A program made the translations under genes and the position numbers. A DNA stretch of 64,000 bases from positions 10,658 through 74,657 of IMG/VR virus record IMGVR_UViG_3300035698_011322; one strand, 5' to 3'. The notes under the pieces are model-generated. The model did not search any database. It had not been told where the DNA came from and saw only the letters and a program-made list of their open reading frames with translations. Below are positions 29,282-37,880 of the stretch, piece after piece; positions within the stretch are counted from its first letter, which is position 1, and every line of letters begins with the position of its first letter. The stretch is from a virus.

Positions 29282-29384
29282 AAAAGTGATTTACATATTA
29301 TCTTAATTTTGAGATAATAAATCCAACTGTTAGAAAAATCTTCTTCAAGGTTTTGAAAAAACAGTAAAAATCAAAGGAGGCAAC

Positions 29385-29681
29385 ATGAATAAGAAAGGAT
29401 TGACGAATTTCGTAGCAGAGGAAGCAGGGATTACTAAAAAGGACGCTAACGCACTGATCGGTGTGGTTCTGGATGGTGTCACCAGCGGTATTACTACCGA
29501 TGGTAAAGTGACCCTGGTTGGTTTCGGGACATTTTCAGTAGTGACCAGGAACGCCCGTATGGCTCGGAACCCACGGACTGGGGAAGCGATTTCGGTTCCT
29601 GAGAAAACGGTTCCGAAGTTCAAACCGTCCAAGAAACTGAAGGAAGCTACCCTCGGTTTCGAGGCACCTGCCGCAGAGTAA
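29385..29681 (+). CDS. hup: HU/IHF-family DNA-binding protein
   Basis: MNKKGL...VTLVGFGTF...ARNPRTGE...PKFKPSK.LK. Confidence 0.95.
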   Translation: MNKKGLTNFVAEEAGITKKDANALIGVVLDGVTSGITTDGKVTLVGFGTFSVVTRNARMARNPRTGEAISVPEKTVPKFKPSKKLKEATLGFEAPAAE

Positions 29682-29701
29682 TAATACTCGGTAGGATTGA
29701 C

Positions 29702-29738
29702 AAAAAAGGGATGATGGCGAGTTCATCATCCCTTTTTT
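29702..29738 (+). terminator. intrinsic terminator
   Basis: GGGATGATG / CATCATCCC stem followed by T7. Confidence 0.85.
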
Positions 29739-29811
29739 GTTTACATTTTGAATTGTGTGTGGTACACTTCTTATGAATGAGGGCAAATCAAATGAAAAAA
29801 GGATAAATCAA

Positions 29812-30078
29812 ATGAAAAAAGAAAAAATAATAGTTTTTGATTATACTGATGCTATTCATGGTTCCGCGCCTTGGCATTATAAAGATGATCACTCGCCTGT
29901 AAAATATGAAGTTGAGGCATGGTGCCTTCAAGGTGATACAGGGTTTAGAGCGTTTTTTTATTTAGGCGACAAAATATGTGAAGCTCATGGCGATGATGGT
30001 CATTGGTGGTTGATAGGGTGCATGCATAAAAACTGGATTAAAGACTTCAAAAATGTTGTTAATTCTATTGAAGAGTAA
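29812..30078 (+). CDS. hypothetical protein
   Basis: ORF after early promoter; start MKKEKII. Confidence 0.5.
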   Translation: MKKEKIIVFDYTDAIHGSAPWHYKDDHSPVKYEVEAWCLQGDTGFRAFFYLGDKICEAHGDDGHWWLIGCMHKNWIKDFKNVVNSIEE

Positions 30079-30091
30079 AGGGTGATCAAAA

Positions 30092-30445
30092 ATGGCAAAG
30101 ATCACAACTCATTGTGAGGACTGCGTAAGATTATTAGGAAAACCATATAAAGAAGTCCATGTGTGGTTGGATCATTATGCCAAGAAGTTCAATCCTTTTA
30201 TCTATCTTGAATATCATAGACAATTCAGGCACACAGAGGTGGCACTTAATAAAAAATTCAAGGAATGGGGTTTCTATAGACAACAAGCCGCTAAAATCCA
30301 TATCATAAGAGACAATGAAGATTTTGTTCTCAGTAAACTATTTTGTCAAGTAGAAGTTGAGGAAATAGATGCTCTGTATGAAAAAGCAAAACAGTGTTTA
30401 CATCCTGGTGAAATCGATTATAATGTAGATAACTATAAATTTTAA
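30092..30445 (+). CDS. His-rich conserved phage protein
   Basis: H......G....VH.WLD...HR..RH...A..HI..D pattern. Confidence 0.6.
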   Translation: MAKITTHCEDCVRLLGKPYKEVHVWLDHYAKKFNPFIYLEYHRQFRHTEVALNKKFKEWGFYRQQAAKIHIIRDNEDFVLSKLFCQVEVEEIDALYEKAKQCLHPGEIDYNVDNYKF

Positions 30446-30465
30446 GGTGGGGGTGGGGGGTTAAA

Positions 30466-30708
30466 ATGGTAAAAATTTGTGTTAAATGTAATGTGTGCCA
30501 TGATCGATATCCAAAGATAATAGAAGTAGATGCTCGAGAAGTCAATGAGCAAATGCGGGAACTGTTGGGAATTGTAGAACAAGATAATTGGATAGTTGAT
30601 TGGCAGTCCGGTGACGCGACTTGTACAGACTGTTTGGGTGAAATAGGTATAGAGGTTGAAATTGACCCCAAAACCGGTGATTACAAAACACTGTCATTTA
30701 AGGAGTAA
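30466..30708 (+). CDS. Zn-ribbon protein
   Basis: CNVC...CTDC. Confidence 0.5.
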   Translation: MVKICVKCNVCHDRYPKIIEVDAREVNEQMRELLGIVEQDNWIVDWQSGDATCTDCLGEIGIEVEIDPKTGDYKTLSFKE

Positions 30709-30770
30709 ATACACAGAAATACTCATGATAAATATAGAAGCAAAGAAAAATATTTTTTTCAAATAACTAG

Positions 30771-30833
30771 TTTACATTTTATCTCAAAAAAGTTATAATA
30801 AATCTTAGTCAAAGTAAGAAAGTTATATAAATA
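30771..30833 (+). promoter_or_regulatory. dual early (TTTACA-N17-TATAAT) + late (TATAAATA) promoter of tRNA array 1
   Basis: 30771-30799 and 30826-30833; paralogous to 34487-34549. Confidence 0.8.
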
Positions 30834-30941
30834 GAATTGAGGATAACGTTGAAGAATATTTTAGTCAAATATTGCAAAATCTGGATAAAGTGGACTATAA
30901 AACAAACTCCAGTATATTCTCTTCAATAAAAGGAAAATATT

Positions 30942-31064
30942 ATGTCAAGAACAACTAAAAAAACTACTACAAGGGGCAATGATTATCGATATATAGTCGA
31001 ACATCATATTTATGCAATCGTACCGACAACGCATATTATCCCAACAGAGGAACATAATATGTAA
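30942..31064 (+). CDS. attenuator leader peptide 1 (40 aa)
   Basis: MSRTTKKTTTRGNDYRYIVEHHIYAIVPTTHIIPTEEHNM; SD AAGGA; stop 3 nt before antiterminator arm. Confidence 0.75.
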   Translation: MSRTTKKTTTRGNDYRYIVEHHIYAIVPTTHIIPTEEHNM

Positions 31065-31067
31065 GTA

Positions 31068-31136
31068 TTAGCTGAAATATAAGTAATAACCTAAAGGGTT
31101 TCAGCTAAGTTAAAAGTTGAAATCCTTTTTTAGTTT
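31068..31136 (+). terminator. alternative antiterminator/terminator switch 1
   Basis: 31068-78 pairs with 31098-108; 31093-106 pairs with 31115-128, followed by a U-run. Confidence 0.8.
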
Positions 31137-31138
31137 AT

Positions 31139-31212
31139 GGTTCCATCGTCTAATGGTAGGACACCAGACTTTCGATCTGAGAATCGGGGTTCGATCCCCC
31201 GTGGAATCGCCA
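31139..31212 (+). tRNA. tRNA-Glu(TTC)
   Basis: Cloverleaf, loop CTTTCGA, GTTCGA, CCA. Confidence 0.85.
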
Positions 31213-31261
31213 AATTCACCCCGCGAAGAGGGTGTTGAAATAATATCTTCGACAAACATAT

Positions 31262-31336
31262 CGCCGAGAAGGCTTGGGGTAAGCCCCTGGTTTTGGGTAC
31301 CAGTAGCTGTGAGTTCAACTCTCACCTCGGCGACCA
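31262..31336 (+). tRNA. tRNA-Pro(TGG)
   Basis: C1-G72, loop TTTGGGT, CCA. Confidence 0.8.
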
Positions 31337-31344
31337 ATTTTTAT

Positions 31345-31421
31345 GGTGGTTGTGGCGAATTGGTAAACGCGATCGGTTGTGGCCCGATTATTAGTGGGAT
31401 CGTTACCCACCAATCACCCCA
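31345..31421 (+). tRNA. tRNA-His(GTG)
   Basis: G-1/C73, loop TTGTGGC, CCA. Confidence 0.85.
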
Positions 31422-31497
31422 TTTTATGATCCATATATGAGGCATGTTTACAAAATAATTTGATAGTGTTATAATATAATCTTGAAAGGAAAGAATA

Positions 31498-31812
31498 ATG
31501 AATGAAAATTATGAAAAACAAATGAAAGTTAATGAATCCTTTGAAGAGTGTCTTTATAAATTAAAAGATAAAATACAAGTCACCAAATATAGTTATGAAA
31601 TGTATAATGCCTTGAGTAATATACAATGGCAGAATATAAAAGATCCAGAAAATATTTATTCATGTTCATGGCGATATGCAGGTGGTATGATTGCAGAAAT
31701 AAAAGGATATGGTGAAAACTATTTAGATTTTTATTGTTCTGGCAATGAAGGTATGGTAACAGAAGAGATTGAGAATGATCTTAATGAATTAGGTTGGAAA
31801 TCATTAGAATGA
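31498..31812 (+). CDS. conserved phage hypothetical protein
   Basis: YSCSWRYAGG.IA...YLDFYCSG.EG.VT.EI..DL..LGW. Confidence 0.7.
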   Translation: MNENYEKQMKVNESFEECLYKLKDKIQVTKYSYEMYNALSNIQWQNIKDPENIYSCSWRYAGGMIAEIKGYGENYLDFYCSGNEGMVTEEIENDLNELGWKSLE

Positions 31813-31839
31813 AATTTTGATATAATATGAAGTAAATGA

Positions 31840-31929
31840 GCGTCGGCCAATAGTGTAAGTGGAGAACACAAGTGGCTGTAACCCACCCGCTGAAAAGCTT
31901 TGGGGGTTCGACTCCCTCCCGGCGCACCA
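31840..31929 (+). tRNA. tRNA-Tyr(GTA)
   Basis: Loop CTGTAAC, variable arm, T arm, CCA; extra nucleotides before the D arm. Confidence 0.75.
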
Positions 31930-32158
31930 TTTATGATTCGTATATAGACCATAAGACACCTTTATGATCCATGTACGAATCACGTTTACAAAATAAAATA
32001 TCTATGTTATAGTGGGGTATATTAAATGGAATATTGTATTTTGAGAGAATCATTAAATGAGTGGACAACAGATACAATTTGTTCAAGTAAGAAATATAGA
32101 CCAATCAAGGGAATTAAGTATAAGTACACTTGTGATAACTATAAATTGGAGATAATAA

Positions 32159-32347
32159 ATGGAATACAATGATCTAGTAAAAAATGTTTCAAAGGATGCC
32201 GGTATTGATGAAGAAGAAGCAGAAAAATGTACGGAATCTTTCTTTAAATATTTTGAAGGTAAACCAGAAAGTGTACTGGAAGAATTCTTTGGTTATAATC
32301 TGATAGAAATAGATTTTAAATATGATGATATGAGATACAAATGGTAA
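32159..32347 (+). CDS. small acidic protein
   Basis: SD GGAG. Confidence 0.5.
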   Translation: MEYNDLVKNVSKDAGIDEEEAEKCTESFFKYFEGKPESVLEEFFGYNLIEIDFKYDDMRYKW

Positions 32348-32784
32348 TAGAAAATTATAAACCTTTTAGTGAACAGTTTACAGAGTGTCAAGAGAATGGT
32401 AATCTGATAAAGATCGATACATCGATGATGAAAGGATTATATGGTCATGATGTTGGTGAGATAAATGTCTGTATAAAATATAAATCAATTTGTCATTCTG
32501 GAGTATGTAGAGAAGAAAGGACAAAGATGAGAATTAAATGTACCGCAATACGATATGAAGGTAAAATATATGAAGGCAAACGTCATGCTGTAATTGGTTT
32601 AAAAATGGTACATGATGATATTTGTTCCGCACCTTATCCATTCGGTGATGATCAGGGTTTTGTAACAGAATGTGGAAAGTATGTTCACAGAGCACCGGCA
32701 CTTATGATTGCACTTAGATCAGGTCAAGTGAAAGAAGGCGAACATATACGACCAAATGAATTATATAGTGAAGATTTAAAGTAA
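32341..32784 (+). CDS. hypothetical protein
   Basis: C-terminal G.RH...QGFVT..G.YV.R..A...LYSEDL pattern. Confidence 0.6.
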   Translation: MVIENYKPFSEQFTECQENGNLIKIDTSMMKGLYGHDVGEINVCIKYKSICHSGVCREERTKMRIKCTAIRYEGKIYEGKRHAVIGLKMVHDDICSAPYPFGDDQGFVTECGKYVHRAPALMIALRSGQVKEGEHIRPNELYSEDLK

Positions 32785-32790
32785 GTAATA

Positions 32791-32885
32791 GAGGGGGATG
32801 TTCCGGTGAGCGGACTGTAAATTCGTTGCACGTTAAAATTTCATCGGCGGCTGTGTGAGTGGTTCGATTCCTCCATCCCTCACCA
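32791..32885 (+). tRNA. tRNA-Tyr(GTA)-like, D-armless
   Basis: Anticodon arm GCGGA-CTGTAAA-TTCGT, GTTCGATT loop, CCA; no D arm. Confidence 0.55.
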
Positions 32886-32895
32886 AAAAATATAA

Positions 32896-32982
32896 GCTCT
32901 TGTCGCATAGTGATCGATTGCACTGGTTTCGTAATCCAGCGGAATAATTCCCACGTAGGTTTAAATCCTATCAAGGGCTCCA
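32896..32982 (+). tRNA. tRNA-Thr(CGT) with long variable arm
   Basis: GCTCTTG/CAAGGGC acceptor, loop TTCGTAA, CCA. Confidence 0.75.
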
Positions 32983-33025
32983 GAAACAATAATAAAGATA
33001 AAGATAAAGGATTAAGGGTAATCAA

Positions 33026-33727
33026 ATGAAAATTATAATAGCAGGCGATGTTCATGGTCGATTCGGTGAACTAAACACACTTATCAGTAAACAAAAACCA
33101 AATCTTGTGATCTGTTGTGGTGACTTTGGTTACTGGCCTCACTTTGGTAAAGATGAGTTTAATAAAATCAAACCACAAGGCTCAAAGATACTGTGGTGTG
33201 ATGGGAACCATGAAGATCATTGGTCTTTGAGAGACAGAAAAACCGATGAATTCGTGAAAGACGTTCATTATATGCCAAGAGGATCAACATTTACATTAAG
33301 CGATGGTCGTGTCTTACTCTTTATGGGTGGCGGAGATTCAATTGATAAAAATTCTAGAACAACTGGTGTTGATTGGTTTCCAGAAGAAGTGATTGGACAA
33401 AAAGATATTGAGAACCTTCCTGACAAGAAAATTGATATTGTTATATCTCATACTTGCCCACTTGAGCTATTAGGTGAAATGAGAGGATATCGAGAAAAAA
33501 AAGTAGAACCTTCTAATCACGCTCTTAGCTACATTTTAGAAAAATATAATCCTCGCCAATGGTTTTATGGTCACTGGCATTCATATAAAGAAGTGTTACT
33601 GAGAAGCACAAAGTTTACTGCTCTATCATGTTTGCCTACTTACATGGGTCATGGTAGATGGTGGATTGAGTTAGATGAGAAAATATCGAGTAAAATATCA
33701 ACATTTAGTTTTAATGATAATTTTTAA
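33026..33727 (+). CDS. metallophosphoesterase
   Basis: GDVHG, GDFG, DGNHE, ISHTCP, YGHWH. Confidence 0.9.
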   Translation: MKIIIAGDVHGRFGELNTLISKQKPNLVICCGDFGYWPHFGKDEFNKIKPQGSKILWCDGNHEDHWSLRDRKTDEFVKDVHYMPRGSTFTLSDGRVLLFMGGGDSIDKNSRTTGVDWFPEEVIGQKDIENLPDKKIDIVISHTCPLELLGEMRGYREKKVEPSNHALSYILEKYNPRQWFYGHWHSYKEVLLRSTKFTALSCLPTYMGHGRWWIELDEKISSKISTFSFNDNF

Positions 33728-33943
33728 ATTTGGTTCGTAGTCGGAATTCTAACCAATAGAAGACGATGTTTCCAAGGGTGAAATTGATCAAAACAGGGAA
33801 GGGTGGTTCCTTTCAATGTCGTGATAAAGTAACCCAAAAACATAATATTGTAACATAAAAAGTTAATGTTGACCAGAGCGCGCACTAAATCAGTTAGTGC
33901 GCGCTGTGGTTTACATTAAGTATATAGAAAGGAGAAAGTAACA

Positions 33944-33990
33944 ATGATTTATCTATCCAATACCTTCTGATGTAACTTAACATTAGGAGG
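33944..33990 (+). promoter_or_regulatory. uORF MIYLSNTF overlapping an SD-sequestering hairpin
   Basis: 33963-73 pairs with 33980-90, which contains AGGAGG. Confidence 0.6.
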
Positions 33991-33997
33991 CATACAA

Positions 33998-34330
33998 ATG
34001 AAACATGGCGATATTATTCAAGAAGCAGATTGGCTACATTGGTGGCCTAAGTGGAAAAGATATCCACGTTTACAATACAGATTTAGATACGATCCTGTAC
34101 CATTATATATCAATAACTATCATAGAGGTTGTTGGTGTAAAAGACCACATCACATGAATGAAGAAAAACAATTCTATGCATGTGATCCAAAACTAGTAAG
34201 AGGAAAAAGACATCCAAGACACCTTCCAGATCCTTGGGATGATCACAAAAGAAGTGATCTAAGAGACAAAAGATCATGGAAAAAAGGATATAGAGTTCGT
34301 AAACAATGGATGAAACATATAGCCAGTTAG
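33998..34330 (+). CDS. basic Arg/Trp-rich protein (LPDPWDD...SWK...KQW)
   Basis: Strong SD; stop codon overlaps tRNA-Ile. Confidence 0.7.
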   Translation: MKHGDIIQEADWLHWWPKWKRYPRLQYRFRYDPVPLYINNYHRGCWCKRPHHMNEEKQFYACDPKLVRGKRHPRHLPDPWDDHKRSDLRDKRSWKKGYRVRKQWMKHIAS

Positions 34331-34394
34331 CTCAACGGAAGAGCCCGCGATCGATAATCGCGTGATAAAAGTTCAATTCTTTTACTGGCTACCA
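34321..34394 (+). tRNA. tRNA-Ile(GAT)
   Basis: Cloverleaf, loop TCGATAA, CCA. Confidence 0.8.
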
Positions 34395-34399
34395 AATTT

Positions 34400-34473
34400 A
34401 GCCCTATAATAGAATGGTAGAATATTTCTTTTACAAGGAAATTAACTTGGTTCGATTCCAAGTGGGGCTACCA
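34400..34473 (+). tRNA. tRNA-Val(TAC)
   Basis: Loop TTTACAA, GGTTCGATTCC, CCA. Confidence 0.75.
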
Positions 34474-34486
34474 AAATAAAAAGTAG

Positions 34487-34549
34487 TTTACAATTATTTC
34501 AAAAAAAGTTATAATAAATGTAATTGAAGTTGAGAAAGTTATATAAATA
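34487..34549 (+). promoter_or_regulatory. dual early + late promoter of tRNA array 2
   Basis: TTTACA 34487-92, TATAAT 34510-15, TATAAATA 34542-49. Confidence 0.8.
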
Positions 34550-34563
34550 GAAAGTAGGAGTAA

Positions 34564-34677
34564 ATGATGATGGCGAGAAAAATTAATAGGCAAAAACAGA
34601 ATAATAGATGTTTATCGACAGGCATACTTGCGTTCTCCTCATCATTTTTGAATTGGGCAGGAGATAAGTGCCTATGA
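34564..34677 (+). CDS. attenuator leader peptide 2 (up to 37 aa)
   Basis: MMMARKINRQKQNNRCLSTGILAFSSSFLNWAGDKCL; SD AGGAG; stop 2 nt before antiterminator arm. Confidence 0.75.
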   Translation: MMMARKINRQKQNNRCLSTGILAFSSSFLNWAGDKCL

Positions 34678-34679
34678 TC

Positions 34680-34751
34680 TAGCTGAAACATAAAGTAATA
34701 TTTTAAGGGGGTTTCAGCTAAAAAGTTAAAGTTGTAACCCCTTTTTAGTTT
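34680..34751 (+). terminator. alternative antiterminator/terminator switch 2
   Basis: 34680-89 pairs with 34711-20; 34705-19 pairs with 34730-44, followed by a U-run. Confidence 0.8.
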
Positions 34752-34755
34752 ATTC

Positions 34756-34830
34756 GGATATGTCGTATAAAGGGAATTATACTTGACTCTTAATCAAGAT
34801 GATGTTGGTTCAAATCAAATCGTACCATCA
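34756..34830 (+). tRNA. tRNA-Lys(CTT)-like, degenerate acceptor stem
   Basis: CTTGA-CTCTTAA-TCAAG arm and GGTTCAAATC loop; poor acceptor pairing. Confidence 0.5.
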
Positions 34831-34854
34831 AACAATAGAAAGGAAAATATTAAA

Positions 34855-35496
34855 ATGAACACATATCATAAAATCCAAACGGTATTTTTAAGAGATCCTA
34901 AAACTAAGTTCAAAACACTTTTAGAAGGTCAGTTTGCTAAATTTGAGTTTGAATATCTCGCAGAACTTATGTGGGCATGGACAGAAAAAGTTGATGGTAC
35001 TAATATTCGCGTACAGTATGATAGTGATGAAAAGAGCCTTAACTTTAATGGCAAGACAGATAGGGCTCAGTTACAGGCAACTCTTTTCGAGTACCTAACA
35101 GAAACCTTTACACCAAAGAAACAACTTTTTATGGATACATTTGATAAAGAGAATGTTAAAGTATGTTTATACGGTGAGGGTTATGGCCCCAGAATTCAAA
35201 AAGGTGGTGGCCTGTATCGTAAAGATCAGAGTTTTGTATTGTTCGATGTAAAGATCAATGATTGGTGGTTAAAACGTGGTGATGTAGAAAATATCGGACA
35301 TAAGTTTGGTATTGATGTTGTACCAATCATTCGCCATGGTAATCTTTATGAAATGGTCGAGTTTGTTAGAAATGGTTTTAATTCACAATGGGGAGATTTT
35401 CTAGCAGAAGGTATTGTTGCAAGACCATTCGTGGATTTGAGAGCAAGAAGTGGTGAAAGAATCATTACTAAACTAAAATGTAAAGATTTTGTATAA
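34855..35496 (+). CDS. RNA ligase (Rnl2-like nucleotidyltransferase)
   Basis: YHKI, TEKVDGTN, LYGEGYG, LFDV, AEGIV.RP, ITKLK. Confidence 0.85.
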   Translation: MNTYHKIQTVFLRDPKTKFKTLLEGQFAKFEFEYLAELMWAWTEKVDGTNIRVQYDSDEKSLNFNGKTDRAQLQATLFEYLTETFTPKKQLFMDTFDKENVKVCLYGEGYGPRIQKGGGLYRKDQSFVLFDVKINDWWLKRGDVENIGHKFGIDVVPIIRHGNLYEMVEFVRNGFNSQWGDFLAEGIVARPFVDLRARSGERIITKLKCKDFV

Positions 35497-35588
35497 AATG
35501 AATATTGTGGATTAGAGAAGTGGCCTATATAGGAGGGTTCGAATCCTTCAGATAGGTGGGGGTGATCGATTTCCAACCCGCCATATAA

Positions 35589-35661
35589 GGGTTTGTAGTT
35601 CAATGGTAGAACATTCGGTTCTTACCCGAAAAATTAGGTTTCGATACCTACGAACCCACCA
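35589..35661 (+). tRNA. tRNA-Lys(CTT)
   Basis: Cloverleaf, loop TTCTTAC, CCA. Confidence 0.7.
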
Positions 35662-35683
35662 TACAATAGAAAGGAGTATTAAA

Positions 35684-36382
35684 ATGGAAAAGTTAACTAA
35701 TTACCCAAAAACATATTGCCCCTTTATAAGAAAAACATTTGATGTTAATAAAGATCAATGGAAAAAATATGGTCGAAAACTTCAACTACGTGAGCCTAAT
35801 GTTTATCTTGCAGTGAATGAGATTAATCCTGGTTATGAATGGGTTCTTGATGATCCTGATACGTTTGCAGTTGAAAAACTTGATGGTACAAATGTTAAAC
35901 TCAAAACAGAAAATGGTAGATTAATTGCTCTTCAAAATAGATTGAATATCATTGATCCACTTCAAATAGTAAAAGGTAAGGCATTTATTCTCGAAGGCGT
36001 TTTTCAAGCAATTGGGAAGGGTTATGTTGAGAAAGATGGGGAACAATCAGGCGAAGTTATTGGAACAAAACTTCAAGGCAATCCATATGAACTCAATAAT
36101 ACACATCTATGGTATCCTTTTGAAAAGTCTATAAAGCATTTAAAATACAAGTCTTTTTTTAATCATGATAGAACTTTTGATAATTGGAGTTCATGGTTCA
36201 AAGATTACTTATTTTCCCTCTTTGCAATGAAAAGAGGTAACAAGGATATTATGGCAGAAGGTGTAATATTTTATAATCTAAAAAGAAAAGCCGAAGGTAA
36301 AATATATAGAGCAAAACTTAGAAGAGACATGTTTGAATGGTATTATAGTGATAAGATTGATATTTACAATTATCATGGGTAA
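35684..36382 (+). CDS. second RNA-ligase-like nucleotidyltransferase
   Basis: EKLDGTN, GEVIG.K.QGNPY, AEGVIF, AKLRRDMF. Confidence 0.75.
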   Translation: MEKLTNYPKTYCPFIRKTFDVNKDQWKKYGRKLQLREPNVYLAVNEINPGYEWVLDDPDTFAVEKLDGTNVKLKTENGRLIALQNRLNIIDPLQIVKGKAFILEGVFQAIGKGYVEKDGEQSGEVIGTKLQGNPYELNNTHLWYPFEKSIKHLKYKSFFNHDRTFDNWSSWFKDYLFSLFAMKRGNKDIMAEGVIFYNLKRKAEGKIYRAKLRRDMFEWYYSDKIDIYNYHG

Positions 36383-36402
36383 TGATATTATAAAATAAAT
36401 GA

Positions 36403-36491
36403 TGCGGGTTAGAGTAGCCAGGTCAACTCACTAGTCTCATAAGCTAGAGCTCTTAACGAGCACGGGGGTTCGAGTCCCCCACCCGCTACCA
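36403..36491 (+). tRNA. tRNA-Met(CAT), 1:72 mismatch, long variable arm
   Basis: Loop CTCATAA, T arm, CCA. Confidence 0.75.
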
Positions 36492-36724
36492 AAAAAGATA
36501 AACGAGTTTGACTCATGTTTATAGTGTTCTAGACACCATTTAAAAATAGTTGGTTTGTGCTCAAAGAATATCAATTATGGCATATTCATTGTAGTATACT
36601 GAGTGAAAGCCTCAGGACTCGTTTGTTGATAAAAAAGTAGTGAGAATGTATAATAAAGATTACGTTGTGAACACGAACGTTATGTGGTAAAACATGGTTT
36701 TGTATAGGTCCTGGAGTGCCCTAA

Positions 36725-36801
36725 GCCCTTGTAGCTGAACTGGATCAGCACGAAACTTCTAATTTCGTTCTATGTGGGTTCGAATCCCATCAAGGGTTCC
36801 A
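36725..36801 (+). tRNA. tRNA-Arg(TCT)
   Basis: Loop CTTCTAA, cloverleaf, CCA. Confidence 0.85.
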
Positions 36802-36809
36802 AAAAATAC

Positions 36810-36887
36810 GGTCTGTTGGAAGTAGGTGGTGAACTTCGTGAGACTGTCAATCTCAAGTAGCGGGTTCGATTCCCGTACAGACCGCCA
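36810..36887 (+). tRNA. tRNA-Asp(GTC)
   Basis: Loop CTGTCAA, G73-CCA. Confidence 0.9.
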
Positions 36888-37063
36888 AAGAAATGGTATC
36901 ATAAGTTAATACCATAGAAGAAGATTATAAGTTAAAATCTATTCCAGAATGGTGTCCTTTAGAAAATGCAGAAGAGTATCATTTACATGGACGTATAGAT
37001 CATCCATTTTAATAGAATGAGGAAGGCGCCGTCAACAGTGACAAACAATATAAATTAATCTTA

Positions 37064-37149
37064 GGAAGAAATCCGGTTGGATGAGGACGCAGTCTTGAAA
37101 ACTGTTGGGTGTAAAAGCTTTGGGGGTTCGAATCCCTCTTCTTCCGCCA
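37064..37149 (+). tRNA. tRNA-Ser(TGA)
   Basis: Loop CTTGAAA, variable arm, G73-CCA. Confidence 0.85.
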
Positions 37150-37196
37150 TTAAAGAGTTTTGATGATTTTTATACATTTTGAACTAAATTATTATT

Positions 37197-37262
37197 GCGG
37201 CCTGAGCTAGTGTGGTCATATCGTTCGGTTTAAACCCGGAAGAATTCAGAGAGGTCGCGCCA
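37197..37262 (+). pseudogene. tRNA remnant lacking a T arm (loop TTTAAAC)
   Basis: Acceptor GCGGCCT/AGGTCGC + CCA; anticodon arm present; T arm missing. Confidence 0.55.
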
Positions 37263-37448
37263 AAATTAAAGGAGTATGATAGTGAGTAAAACAATAATAA
37301 TGGCAGAAGAATTTGGTATTTATTGGTCTAAAGATGATCTAAAGAACCTAAGAGAACTGTTATACATAGGTTTGGGTGGTAATATTGGCGATGAAAGAAT
37401 AAATTATATAGGAATCGCGGTTATAGACAGAATAGAGGAGAGATTAAA

Positions 37449-37880
37449 ATGAACTTAATACCACTTGAAAAATGTGTAAAGGGCAGAGTATATAAACTCG
37501 ATTGCCGTAATTTTAATTATGGTGTGTATAATGGTAAATATGGCTTCATTGGTATTCGCCGCAAGTTCAATGATAGATTTCTATTTACTGAATATCACAA
37601 AGATATAGATCCCCACTATGGTACTGTTATAAGAATGGAAGACATGGGTATCGATGTTCCGGATGATATAGAACTAAAAGAAGACGAGCCAACCATTGAT
37701 AGAAATACTGGCAGACACGTGTGGTTCGATAAACCAGTTGTTGATGGTGGTCGAGGCTGGGTATACAAAGATACTGATGAAAATAGTTATGATATAAAAC
37801 CAGTCTCTCATGTGAATAGAAAATTGTTTAAATTCTTGGATGATATGTGGGAGGATTTTAATTATACAGAAGTAGAGTAA
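37449..37880 (+). CDS. hypothetical protein
   Basis: SD GAGGAG; 143 aa. Confidence 0.65.
   Translation: MNLIPLEKCVKGRVYKLDCRNFNYGVYNGKYGFIGIRRKFNDRFLFTEYHKDIDPHYGTVIRMEDMGIDVPDDIELKEDEPTIDRNTGRHVWFDKPVVDGGRGWVYKDTDENSYDIKPVSHVNRKLFKFLDDMWEDFNYTEVE

Noticed and set aside
31110-31440. ORFs overlapping tRNA genes (also 31731, 32714, 37674, 41035, 41118)
   Set aside because: They are translations of tRNA sequence; the 5' extensions of ORFs 34783, 35603 and 40667 likewise start inside tRNAs.
33731-33911. Named riboswitch or ncRNA
   Set aside because: A strong GC hairpin at ~33871-33911 is present, but no recognisable family and too little structure elsewhere.
35505-35584. Additional tRNA
   Set aside because: Only fragments (a D-loop-like 5' part and a GGTTCGAATCC hairpin); no anticodon arm.
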